DNA of 64,000 nt from SAR202 cluster bacterium bin16 (GTDB taxonomy: Bacteria > Chloroflexota > Dehalococcoidia > Lucifugimonadales > Australimonadaceae): the NCBI GenBank assembly GCA_002238425.1, contig MPMJ01000007.1, positions 11,826 through 75,825 of the forward strand, written 5' to 3'. Under the pieces are notes generated by a model that was not told the DNA's origin, ran no database searches, and was given only the letters and a program-made list of their open reading frames with translations. Within the stretch, counting starts at the first letter, position 1. Each line of letters starts with the position of its first letter. Made by a program: the position numbers and the translations under genes. Shown here piece by piece: positions 44,394 through 51,402 of this stretch.

Positions 44394-45551
44394 TTAGTCC
44401 ATCCCGGCGAGCGGCCGGAAGAACTCCCGCAGCTCGTTGGCCAACAGCTCCGGCTCTTCCCATGCGCCGAAGTGTCCGCCGCTCGGCATCAGCGTGTAGC
44501 GCTGGACGTTGTAGGAGCGCTCGGCCCATTCGCGCGGCGGCTGGCTTGAGTCGCCGGGGAATACCGCGAAGCCGGTGGGAACCTCGACCCGCTCGCCCGG
44601 CCCAAAGCGCACCGGGTCCGCCGCCGACTCCTTGTAGAACCGGACGGACGACGCGATCGTCTCCGTGGCCCAATAGATCGTCGCGTTCGTGAGCAGCTCG
44701 TCCTTGGTGAACCGGGCCTCGACGTCGCCCTTGTTGTCGCTCCACTTCCAGAACTTCTCGACGATCCAGGCCAGCATCCCAACGGGTGAGTCGCTGAGCC
44801 CATAGGCCAGCGTCAACGGCTTCGTACGCTGTTCGTGCGAGTACCCCTGCTCGATGGCTTGCCACCGGTCCCGGTGCTCAACGAGCGCTTCCTCGGCTGG
44901 GCTCAGAGGCGCAGACCCTTCACCGAGATACGGGGCAACGACGGTTGCCGACGACAGGTGGATCCCGCTGACATGATCGGTGTGCGCAAGGCCAAGCTGC
45001 GTGGTGACCGCGGCGCCCCAGTCGCCCCCGTGGGCCACGAACCGGGAGTAGCCAAGTCCCTGCATGAGCTCCGTCCACAGCGCAGCTGTACGCTTGGGGT
45101 TCGTGCCCTTCTGCGACGGCCGGTCGGAGAAGCCATAGCCCGGCAACGACGGAATGACGACGTCGAAAGCGTCGGCAGCGTCGCCGCCATGCGCCGCAGG
45201 GTCGGTGAGCAGAGGGAGAATCTCCAACTCTTCGAGGAATGTGCTAGGCCAGCCATGGGTCAGCACGATCGGCAGGGGATGGGGGCCGTTGCCGCGGACG
45301 TGGATGAAGTGGATGCCCATCCCGCCGACCTCGGCCCGGTAGTTGGGCAGCGAGTTCAGCCGCGCTTCCTGGGCGCGCCAGTCGAACCCCGTGCGCCAGT
45401 ACTCTGCCAGCTCGCGGATGTAGTCGAGGTTGGCCCCGTAGTCCCAGCCTGCCCCATCGACCGTGTCCGGCCACCGGGTCCTGCCGAGCCGCTCACGCAG
45501 ATCGTCGAGGACGTCGTCTGTGACATGGATGGTATAGGGCTGGATATTCAC
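44394..45551 (-). CDS. epoxide hydrolase (EHN N-terminal domain + alpha/beta fold)
   Basis: ORF 44394..45773. The in-frame GTG at 45551 gives VNIQPYTIHVTDDVLDDLRERLGRTRWPD, the typical microsomal-type EH N-terminus. HGWPSTF oxyanion motif and GGDWGA nucleophile motif. Confidence 0.85.
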   Translation of the reverse strand: MNIQPYTIHVTDDVLDDLRERLGRTRWPDTVDGAGWDYGANLDYIRELAEYWRTGFDWRAQEARLNSLPNYRAEVGGMGIHFIHVRGNGPHPLPIVLTHGWPSTFLEELEILPLLTDPAAHGGDAADAFDVVIPSLPGYGFSDRPSQKGTNPKRTAALWTELMQGLGYSRFVAHGGDWGAAVTTQLGLAHTDHVSGIHLSSATVVAPYLGEGSAPLSPAEEALVEHRDRWQAIEQGYSHEQRTKPLTLAYGLSDSPVGMLAWIVEKFWKWSDNKGDVEARFTKDELLTNATIYWATETIASSVRFYKESAADPVRFGPGERVEVPTGFAVFPGDSSQPPREWAERSYNVQRYTLMPSGGHFGAWEEPELLANELREFFRPLAGMD

Positions 45552-45699
45552 AGCCCAGAGCTTATAGCAGGCAGCGTGACCCGGCCAGCCGCCTGGATGA
45601 CCAGGCCGAACTGCAGCTTGAGGGTTCGTGTACTCGTACAGGCTGGTTGGCCTCTGGGCGGGGAAGGTACACTGCCCCGGTTCCCCTTTCAGGCGCGCC

Positions 45700-46608
45700 T
45701 TGCTCAACATATTCCTCACCGTCGTACTGCCCATCTTCATCGTCGCCGGCTCCGGCGCGGCGCTGCAGCGCATGCGGCCCGGGGCGCTGGGCTTGCTGGG
45801 GCCTGCAGCGCTCTACATCTTCGGGCCCGCGCTCGTGCTGAACGGCCTGCTGCGGACGCAGCTGCCCCTGGATGTCTCCCTGCGCATCGTCGCGGCGGCA
45901 GCCGTCACCATGCTCGCGATGGTCGCTGTCGCCTGGGTGGTGTCACGGCTGCTGCGGCACGACAGGACGACGGAGAGCGGCTTCATGCTCGCCGGAGCGT
46001 TCGGCAACTCAGGCAACATGGGTATCCCCATCTCGTTCCTCGCGTTCGGCGAAGACGGACTCTCCGTGGCGATCATGGTGTTCGTGACGCACACCTCCGT
46101 CAATTGGCCCGTCGGCATCTACATCGCCGCGCGCGGACGCGCCAGGGGCTGGGCTCCGCTGCTCCAGTCCCTCAGAGCGCCAACGCTCTACGCCGTCCCC
46201 ATCGCGCTGGTCATACGAGGGTTCGACTGGACGATCCCCACGACGCTCGAGAGGCCGATCACCATGATGGCGGACGCGGCGATCCCCGCCATGCTGCTTG
46301 TGCTGGGCTATCAGCTGGCGCAGGGCATCGAGTTCCGGCAGCCGGGCAGCATGACGACGGTCCTTGCTACGCGGCTGATCGCAGGGGCGATGGTCGGCGC
46401 CGGCGTGACGACGCTGCTCGGCCTCGAAGGCGTCGTCCGCAACACCGTCGTGCTCATCGCCGCGATGCCTGCCGCCGTGTTCGTCTCCATCCTCGCGACC
46501 GAGTACCGCATCGTGCCGCGGTTCGTGGCGAGCTCGGTCATCATCGGCACAGTCGCCAGCCTCGTGACGCTGACCGTGGTTATCGGTCTGCTGCAGCGCT
46601 GGGACTGA
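45700..46608 (+). CDS. AEC (auxin efflux carrier) family transporter
   Basis: ORF 45628..46608. The in-frame TTG at 45700 gives MLNIFLTVVLPIFIVAGSGAAL, the typical family N-terminus. About 10 TM helices. Confidence 0.8.
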   Translation: MLNIFLTVVLPIFIVAGSGAALQRMRPGALGLLGPAALYIFGPALVLNGLLRTQLPLDVSLRIVAAAAVTMLAMVAVAWVVSRLLRHDRTTESGFMLAGAFGNSGNMGIPISFLAFGEDGLSVAIMVFVTHTSVNWPVGIYIAARGRARGWAPLLQSLRAPTLYAVPIALVIRGFDWTIPTTLERPITMMADAAIPAMLLVLGYQLAQGIEFRQPGSMTTVLATRLIAGAMVGAGVTTLLGLEGVVRNTVVLIAAMPAAVFVSILATEYRIVPRFVASSVIIGTVASLVTLTVVIGLLQRWD

Positions 46609-46649
46609 CCTCGTGCGGTACCATGCCATCAACCAACGGAGGCGCGCCC

Positions 46650-47510
46650 ATGAAGATCGGAATCTCCTTCCCTACCCTCGAGTTGCACGACCCTGAAGAG
46701 ATGAAGGCGTTCGCGCAGGGCGCGGAGCAGCTCGGTTTCCACCACATGACGGCGCTCGAGCACACCCTGGGCGTCCGTACGAGTGCCAGCTACACGCCGG
46801 ACGTCCACATCCACGAGCCCATGGTGCTGTTCGCATTCCTCGCCGCGGTTACCCGCACGATCCAGTTCGCGAACTCGATACTCATCCTCCCGCAGCGGCA
46901 GACCGTCGTCGTGGCGCGTCAGGCAGCCGAGATCGACGCGCTCTCCGGAGGACGCATACGCCTCGGCATCGGCCTCGGCAGCAACGAGGAGGAGGCCATC
47001 GGCCTCGGAACTGACTTCCACAACCGAGGGGCCCGCGTCGAGGAGCAGATCGAGGTCATGCGGATGCTGTGGACCCAGGACGTCGTCAACTTCGAGGGGC
47101 GTTGGCACCACATCATCGACGGCGGCCTCACGGTGCTGCCCGTGCAGCGGCCCATCCCCATCTGGATAGGCGGAGGGCACGGAAGGCGTCCACTCGAGCG
47201 TATCGGCCGCCTGGCCGACGGCTGGGTTGCCGGCAGCTCCGCTCAGGGTGACGCCGAAGCGCAACTCGAGACCATCCGCAACGCGTCGGAGGCTGCCGGC
47301 CGCCCGCGCGACGCCGTACAGGTCCAGGGGCGTATGCCGCTCGTGGGAGGCGATGCTGAAGGATGGGCCCTGGCCGCCGAGCGCTGGCGTCAACTCGACG
47401 CCACCCATCTGGCGGTCAACACGAGCCGCGGCGGGTTCACGACGGCCGCCGAGCACCTCGCCCTCGCCGAGCGCTTCATGAACGAGGTGGGCAAGGACCT
47501 CGCGGACTAG
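46650..47510 (+). CDS. LLM-class (luciferase-like) flavin/F420-dependent oxidoreductase
   Basis: The in-frame ATG at 46650 lies inside the giant ORF 44835..47510 and is preceded by ACGGAGG. MKIGISFPT...GFHHMTALEH...LDALSGGRIRLGIGLG...PVQRPIPIWIGG. Confidence 0.85.
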   Translation: MKIGISFPTLELHDPEEMKAFAQGAEQLGFHHMTALEHTLGVRTSASYTPDVHIHEPMVLFAFLAAVTRTIQFANSILILPQRQTVVVARQAAEIDALSGGRIRLGIGLGSNEEEAIGLGTDFHNRGARVEEQIEVMRMLWTQDVVNFEGRWHHIIDGGLTVLPVQRPIPIWIGGGHGRRPLERIGRLADGWVAGSSAQGDAEAQLETIRNASEAAGRPRDAVQVQGRMPLVGGDAEGWALAAERWRQLDATHLAVNTSRGGFTTAAEHLALAERFMNEVGKDLAD

Positions 47511-47555
47511 CCCACCAATACCCTGCAGGGAATACGCTGAATAAGAGAGAGGCCT

Positions 47556-47588
47556 CGTCGTTCCTGCGAAGGCAGGAACCTCGCAGCC
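47556..47588 (+). repeat. hairpin repeat, family B, full copy
   Basis: CGTC-GTTCCTGC-GAAG-GCAGGAAC-CTCGCAGCC. Identical core at 54958..54986 and half copy at 50567..50583. Confidence 0.65.
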
Positions 47589-47610
47589 CTGCCCCGCGCT
47601 CTAGCGCGCC

Positions 47611-47660
47611 CCTTCCCCCTTGATGGGGGAAGGTTAGGATGGGGGTGTACCGCAGGGTTG
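47611..47660 (-). repeat. hairpin repeat, family E, inverted full copy
   Basis: The reverse complement CAACCCTGCGGTACACCCCCATCCTAACCTTCCCCCATCAAGGGGGAAGG aligns with 13831..13880. Confidence 0.7.
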
Positions 47661-47684
47661 CAGTGCAGGCCCGCCAGACGATCC

Positions 47685-48242
47685 CTAGACGGGAGCGGCC
47701 TCCGGCAGCGCCTCGCCGTTGAGCGTGAACACGGACGTCGCTTCCATGTTCTGCACCAGCGACTGCAGCGCGTAGCAACTCGACTCCGCCATGTCGACGA
47801 GACGGCGTATGCGCTCAGGCGGCTCGTCCGACTCCACGTTGACGGTCGTCTCGAGTCCCACAGGACCGCCGACGATGGTGCCCGCGAGCGCGGAGCCGTC
47901 GCGGTAGAAGCGCGTCGTCTGTTGCAACCGCACCTTGCTGTAGGCGATGTGGGTCATCTCGCTCAACCGAGCGAGCTGGGTGAGCAGTCAGAATGCGACG
48001 CCCGCCGAGAAATAGGCGAGCGGGGAAGGCGCCGTATCGTCGCCGCCTATACGGGTCCCTTCGTCGCAGATCATCTCGAACGTGCTGCCTGCGCCGCCGC
48101 CGGAGCGGACGCGGGCCAGCTTGCGCTGGCGTTCGAGCGTCTCCGCCTCGACCTCGATGACGATCTCTCGCCGGACGCCGTCCTGGCGAGCAGCGTTCGG
48201 GACGGACTCTCCCGTTTGGACCTTCCTGACGATCTCTTCCAT
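47685..48242 (-). CDS. OsmC/Ohr-family protein with in-frame TGA at 47988..47990 (candidate selenocysteine)
   Basis: ORFs 47988..48242 and 47685..47966 are in the same frame, separated by one TGA and 7 sense codons. The joined product reads ...FEMICDEGTRIGGDDTAPSPLAYFSAGVAF-[TGA]-LLTQLARLSEM...MAESSCYALQSL. AGGAG precedes the ATG at 48242. Confidence 0.7.
47955..47978 (-). promoter_or_regulatory. SECIS-like hairpin downstream of the in-frame UGA
   Basis: The mRNA reads UGA-CUGCUCACC-CAG-CUCGCUC-GGUU-GAGCGAG-AUG. This gives a perfect 7-bp stem, extendable by 2 bp across a G.A mismatch, with apical loop GGUU. The loop starts at nucleotide 23, counting the U of UGA as 1. Confidence 0.55.
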
Positions 48243-48286
48243 GAGCCGCTCCTTCCGATGAGGTTGCGAGCCGTGCTGAGTGAGAT

Positions 48287-48362
48287 TGGAGGCGACGGGC
48301 GGAATCGAACCGCCGAATAGAGGTTTTGCAGACCTCCGCCTTAACCACTTGGCTACGTCGCC
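48287..48362 (-). tRNA. tRNA-Cys (anticodon GCA)
   Basis: The reverse complement GGCGACGTAGCCAAGTGGTTAAGGCGGAGGTCTGCAAAACCTC...GGCGGTTCGATTCCGCCCGTCGCCTCCA forms a cloverleaf. Anticodon loop is CT-GCA-AA and CCA is encoded. Confidence 0.9.
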
Positions 48363-48508
48363 GTGACGAATCAGGTTAACGAGAAACGCACCTCTCCGTC
48401 AACGATAGCACGGCACCGCTGGGAGTGGCGGGGCGGTTGGTAGAATGTTGATGGGTGTGAGGAGCGCCTGCCCACGCGACGCTGACCGTCCCCCACCCGA
48501 ACACGACC

Positions 48509-49324
48509 ATGCCATTACCAGCCCTGCTCATCCCCCTGGCCATCGCCGGCGGCTCAGCCGTAGCCCAGGCGGCTGCGAAGCTGCGAAGCCACGAGCGGCT
48601 CAACGCGCTGCGCGCCGAGCTGCAGGAGCTGGAATCGCGTCACCGGGACGAGGTACTCGAACAGTACGACCAGCAAGTGCATCTCTGCCACCGGCTGGGT
48701 GTGCCGGAGCCGGAGTACCCGGCTTCCCTCCAGGAGAGTGAGACGCTCCCCGAACCGCCGCCGCTGTGGCGGCGGATCCTCAGACGCCGGAAGCGCACCG
48801 TCGCCGACGGCTCTCCGCACTCCCGGACCAGCATCATCGGACGCCAGGGCGCGGGCTTCGCTGCAGGAACCGTCTGGAAGGTGTGGTCCGCGACGGTCCT
48901 CAACATCGTGCGCCCGATGGGAGCAAAGCTGCTGACCCTCTTCCCCGGTGCGGCTCCGGCGGTCGGAACAACCAGTTCACTGGCGTTCGGCATCAGCTTG
49001 CGGTTCGCGCTGGGCATCGTCAGCGTGGCCGCCTTCATCGTGGGCCCGCTCCTGCTGGCGTTCGCCGTCATCCGGGAAGTCCGGAAAGTGCGGAAGGCCC
49101 GGCACGAACTGGAGACCATCCGGAGGCGGCGGCACAAGGAACTGACCGCTTACACAGCACGCACGCGGCTGCTGCAGCGGAACGTGCGTATGCGGGCGTA
49201 CACCAGTTGCCGGGTCAGGCACCGGGTACGACACGCGAGCGTACACGCTACGCGAAGGCGACGCGGCAGCCGCGCCGCTGCTCGTCCGGGGCGTCCGGCC
49301 TCTACAGCTCCAGCTCAGCGCTGA
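48509..49324 (+). CDS. hypothetical membrane-associated protein
   Basis: 271 aa. Hydrophobic N-terminus, a coiled region (LNALRAELQELESRHRDEVLEQYDQ), and two internal hydrophobic helices. The Arg-rich tail overlaps the convergent Ldh-family gene and may not be genuine. Confidence 0.35.
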   Translation: MPLPALLIPLAIAGGSAVAQAAAKLRSHERLNALRAELQELESRHRDEVLEQYDQQVHLCHRLGVPEPEYPASLQESETLPEPPPLWRRILRRRKRTVADGSPHSRTSIIGRQGAGFAAGTVWKVWSATVLNIVRPMGAKLLTLFPGAAPAVGTTSSLAFGISLRFALGIVSVAAFIVGPLLLAFAVIREVRKVRKARHELETIRRRRHKELTAYTARTRLLQRNVRMRAYTSCRVRHRVRHASVHATRRRRGSRAAARPGRPASTAPAQR

Positions 49325-50354
49325 CGCCGTACTCCTCGGCGAGCCCCTCGAGTTTGCCCCACGTCGCATCCTCCACGAAGATGCCATCCTGCAGGCGGCG
49401 CTGCGTGTTCCGGTGCTCGATCTCGCCGGGGTAGAGGATCTCGTCGAACCCGGCCGCGCGCTTGGACGCCTTCAGGTAGCCCGCGAGCTCAGCAACCTGC
49501 CGCTTGAAGTCGTCCAGCGGACGGAACGCCGCTACGTCGAACACGGCCATGAAGCAGCCGTCGTTGTGGAACCCGCGCGGGTCGTGGCCGAAGCCGAGGC
49601 CTGTCAGCAGGCCGGAGAGTATCTCCACGATGACGGAGAGGCCGTAGCCCTTGTACCCCTCCGAGCCGCCCAGCGGCAGCAGTGCGCCGCCCTGCTCGCG
49701 CATGACATTCGGGTCCGTCACGGGGTTGCCGTTGCTGTCGACGACCCACCCCTCCGGGATGGGCACGCCGCGCGCCGCGGCAAGGTCCACCTTGCCCGCC
49801 GCAACCGCGCTCGTGGCCATGTCTATGAACAACGGCCCTTCCAGGTTACTCGGCACCGCAACGCAGATCGGGTTCGTGCCGAGCCTAGGCTCGCGTCCGC
49901 CGAACGGCGCGACGTTCTTGGTCGTCCTGCCGGAGTCGGCGGTCATCAGGCCTATCATGCCCTCGCGCATTGCCATGAGGGGATAGTCGGCGACACGCCC
50001 AACGTGGCTCTGCCGGTAGACCGTCGCGGCGGCGGAGCCCTGCTGCTTCCCCTTCGCAATCAGGAGGCTCATCGCCTTTTCGGAAACGACGTACCCAAAC
50101 CCCCAGTGCCCGTCCGCCACGAGCGTCGACGGCGTCTCGTTGACGATGTCGAACGGCGCACCTGGGACGATGTGCCCGCGCTTGATGCGGTCGATGTAGG
50201 TCGGTATCTGGATGATGCCGTGGGAGTCGTGCCCCGCGAGGTTCGCGCCGATGACGTGGCGGGCGATGACGCCGGCCTCCTCCCCGCTCGCTCCGGCGCA
50301 CTGGAGCAGGCGGTCGGCGATGGTCTGCAGTCTGTCGTGGGAAACGGTTGGCAT
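49302..50354 (-). CDS. Ldh_2-family (malate/L-lactate/sulfolactate dehydrogenase type 2) oxidoreductase
   Basis: ORF 49302..50615. ATG at 50354 (MPTVSHDRL) follows GGAGGAG. LAGHDSHGI, HWGFGY, YRQSHVGRV and GGSEGYKGYGLS. Confidence 0.85.
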   Translation of the reverse strand: MPTVSHDRLQTIADRLLQCAGASGEEAGVIARHVIGANLAGHDSHGIIQIPTYIDRIKRGHIVPGAPFDIVNETPSTLVADGHWGFGYVVSEKAMSLLIAKGKQQGSAAATVYRQSHVGRVADYPLMAMREGMIGLMTADSGRTTKNVAPFGGREPRLGTNPICVAVPSNLEGPLFIDMATSAVAAGKVDLAAARGVPIPEGWVVDSNGNPVTDPNVMREQGGALLPLGGSEGYKGYGLSVIVEILSGLLTGLGFGHDPRGFHNDGCFMAVFDVAAFRPLDDFKRQVAELAGYLKASKRAAGFDEILYPGEIEHRNTQRRLQDGIFVEDATWGKLEGLAEEYGVSAELEL

Positions 50355-50408
50355 GGCTCCTCCGTGGGTGTGGGCGTGCGGAGCGGATTGTACCGCCAAG
50401 CCGCCCCT

Positions 50409-50487
50409 CCCCGTCATTCCCGCACCGGCGGGAATCCCTGTGCCCGACAGGGCACACGTGCGCGGGCAGCGCACGCGGTGGCGGGGC
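50409..50487 (-). repeat. composite double-hairpin repeat, family A, inverted copy 3 (second hairpin duplicated)
   Basis: CCCCGTC-ATTCCCGC-ACCG-GCGGGAAT-CC, then GTGCCC-GACA-GGGCAC, then GTGCGC-GGGCA-GCGCAC. This is the reverse orientation of copies at 6616 and 13901. Confidence 0.7.
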
Positions 50488-50500
50488 ATGGGAGGGGGAT

Positions 50501-50560
50501 TGTCATGTTGGGCGAAGCGCAGCGCAGTCCGCGCTTTAGCGCGCAACATCCCCTCGGGGC
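50501..50560. mobile_element. MITE-like element, truncated copy 3 (left half only)
   Basis: TTGTCATGTTGGGCGAAGCG...GTCCGCGCTTTAGCGCGCAACATCCCCTCGGGG aligns with the left halves of 14929.. and 39000... The right TIR is absent and is replaced by family B/C/F modules. Confidence 0.45.
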
Positions 50561-50712
50561 TATCCCGTCGTTCCTGCGAAGGCCCGCGCTTCAGCGCGCA
50601 ACCTCGCAGCCTCACCTCTCCCCCTCGGAGAGGTCACGACAGCGCGGCGGGTGAGGGAGGAGGCATGAAGAAGCCCCGGCGGATCGCCGGGGCTTCTCGT
50701 TGAATGCCGGGT

Positions 50713-50799
50713 TGGTGCGCAGGAAGAGATTTGAACTCTTACGGGACTGCTCCCACTGCCCCCTCAAGACAGCGTGTCTACCTATTCCACCACCTGCGC
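50713..50799 (-). tRNA. tRNA-Leu (anticodon GAG)
   Basis: The reverse complement is GCGCAGGTGGTGGAATAGGTAGACACGCTGTCTTGAGGGGGCAG + long variable arm + AAGAGTTCAAATCTCTTCCTGCGCACCA. Anticodon loop is TT-GAG-GG. Confidence 0.88.
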
Positions 50800-50829
50800 C
50801 CGATTTGCTCCGTTTCCGAAGCGGTGATC

Positions 50830-50906
50830 TGGCAGGAGTGGAAGGATTCGAACCCTCGGCCGGCGGTTTTGGAGACCGCTGCTCTACCAGGCTGAGCTAC
50901 ACTCCT
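50830..50906 (-). tRNA. tRNA-Trp (anticodon CCA)
   Basis: The reverse complement AGGAGTGTAGCTCAGCCTGGTAGAGCAGCGGTCTCCAAAACCGCCGGCCGAGGGTTCGAATCCTTCCACTCCTGCCA forms a cloverleaf. Anticodon loop is CT-CCA-AA. Confidence 0.9.
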
Positions 50907-50918
50907 GCGCTACCTCAA

Positions 50919-50948
50919 AGCGTAGCACTCGCCGCCTCTGAGGGTCAA
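50919..50948 (-). promoter_or_regulatory. putative promoter of the tRNA-Trp/tRNA-Leu unit
   Basis: The minus strand reads TTGACC, an 18-nt spacer, then TACGCT. The -10 element ends 12 nt before the mature tRNA-Trp 5' end. Confidence 0.4.
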
Positions 50949-50954
50949 TCGCTC

Positions 50955-51006
50955 GGGGGTGGCGCCCACCCCCTTTAAAGTCAGAGCCCCTCCGCTCTGG
51001 AGGGGC
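50955..51006. terminator. pair of GC-rich hairpins flanking TTTAAAG (bidirectional terminator-like)
   Basis: GGGGGTGG-CGC-CCACCCCC at 50955..50973 and GCCCCTCC-GCTCT-GGAGGGGC at 50986..51006, both with 8-bp stems. On the minus strand the second hairpin is followed by TCTGACTTTAAAG. Confidence 0.5.
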
Positions 51007-51097
51007 CGTTGACGGGCGGTAGGCCTTGCGGGAACTGGATGGCCCGGCAACCCATACCGTCATCAATCACAACGCTACACGACGTATGCCGTATGAG
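50975..51097 (-). ncRNA. candidate small RNA (promoter-to-terminator unit of about 120 nt)
   Basis: It is bounded upstream by TTGACA-N17-TAATGT (51104..51132, minus strand) and downstream by the 50986..51006 hairpin plus a U-containing tail. No convincing ORF is present and no known RNA family was recognised. Confidence 0.3.
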
Positions 51098-51103
51098 CAA
51101 GAG

Positions 51104-51132
51104 ACATTAACGCCTCCACCATGCATTGTCAA
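51104..51132 (-). promoter_or_regulatory. near-consensus sigma-70-type promoter without an obvious downstream gene
   Basis: The minus strand reads TTGACA (51127..51132), a 17-nt spacer, then TAATGT (51104..51109). Confidence 0.45.
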
Positions 51133-51402
51133 TACGTCTCTATTGCGAATCTCCGACCAGAATATCCAGAGAGTTTGCGGCACGCATTTCTTGGTTGGCA
51201 TGCACGAGCATAAGGCGGAGGGAGTCAGCAGTGCCTCGCTGGGTTGTCACCGATCTGCCGCAGGCAACCCGATCAGGAAGACGTAGCGGGGTCCGATGCC
51301 CAGGGGATCCGTCCGTTCCGTGTATGCAGGGTTGCTTTCGGATCGGCGCCTGGCACGGGCTCAGGCGCACCAGGTGTGATTGCTCGATGCGTGAGCGGAG
51401 GG

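Noticed and set aside
44835-46649. The N-terminal ~600 codons of the 891-aa ORF 44835..47510.
   Set aside because: This part runs antisense to the well-supported epoxide hydrolase gene and out of frame across the AEC transporter gene. Its translation is Arg/Ala/Gly-rich with no recognisable domain. Only the last 286 codons (from ATG 46650, with an RBS) look like a real LLM oxidoreductase. This is a typical long spurious ORF of high-GC DNA.
48287-48362. tRNA-Cys as a possible UGA-decoding or Sec-like tRNA for the neighbouring OsmC gene.
   Set aside because: It has a standard 76-nt cloverleaf with a 7-bp acceptor stem, a short variable region and a GCA anticodon. It has none of the tRNA-Sec hallmarks (UCA anticodon, long variable arm, 8-bp acceptor stem).
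50884-51066. A 60-aa ORF in the spacer upstream of tRNA-Trp as a possible small protein.
   Set aside because: It reads through two strong GC hairpins and the tRNA promoter into the tRNA gene. It has no RBS and an Arg/Pro/Gly-biased composition.
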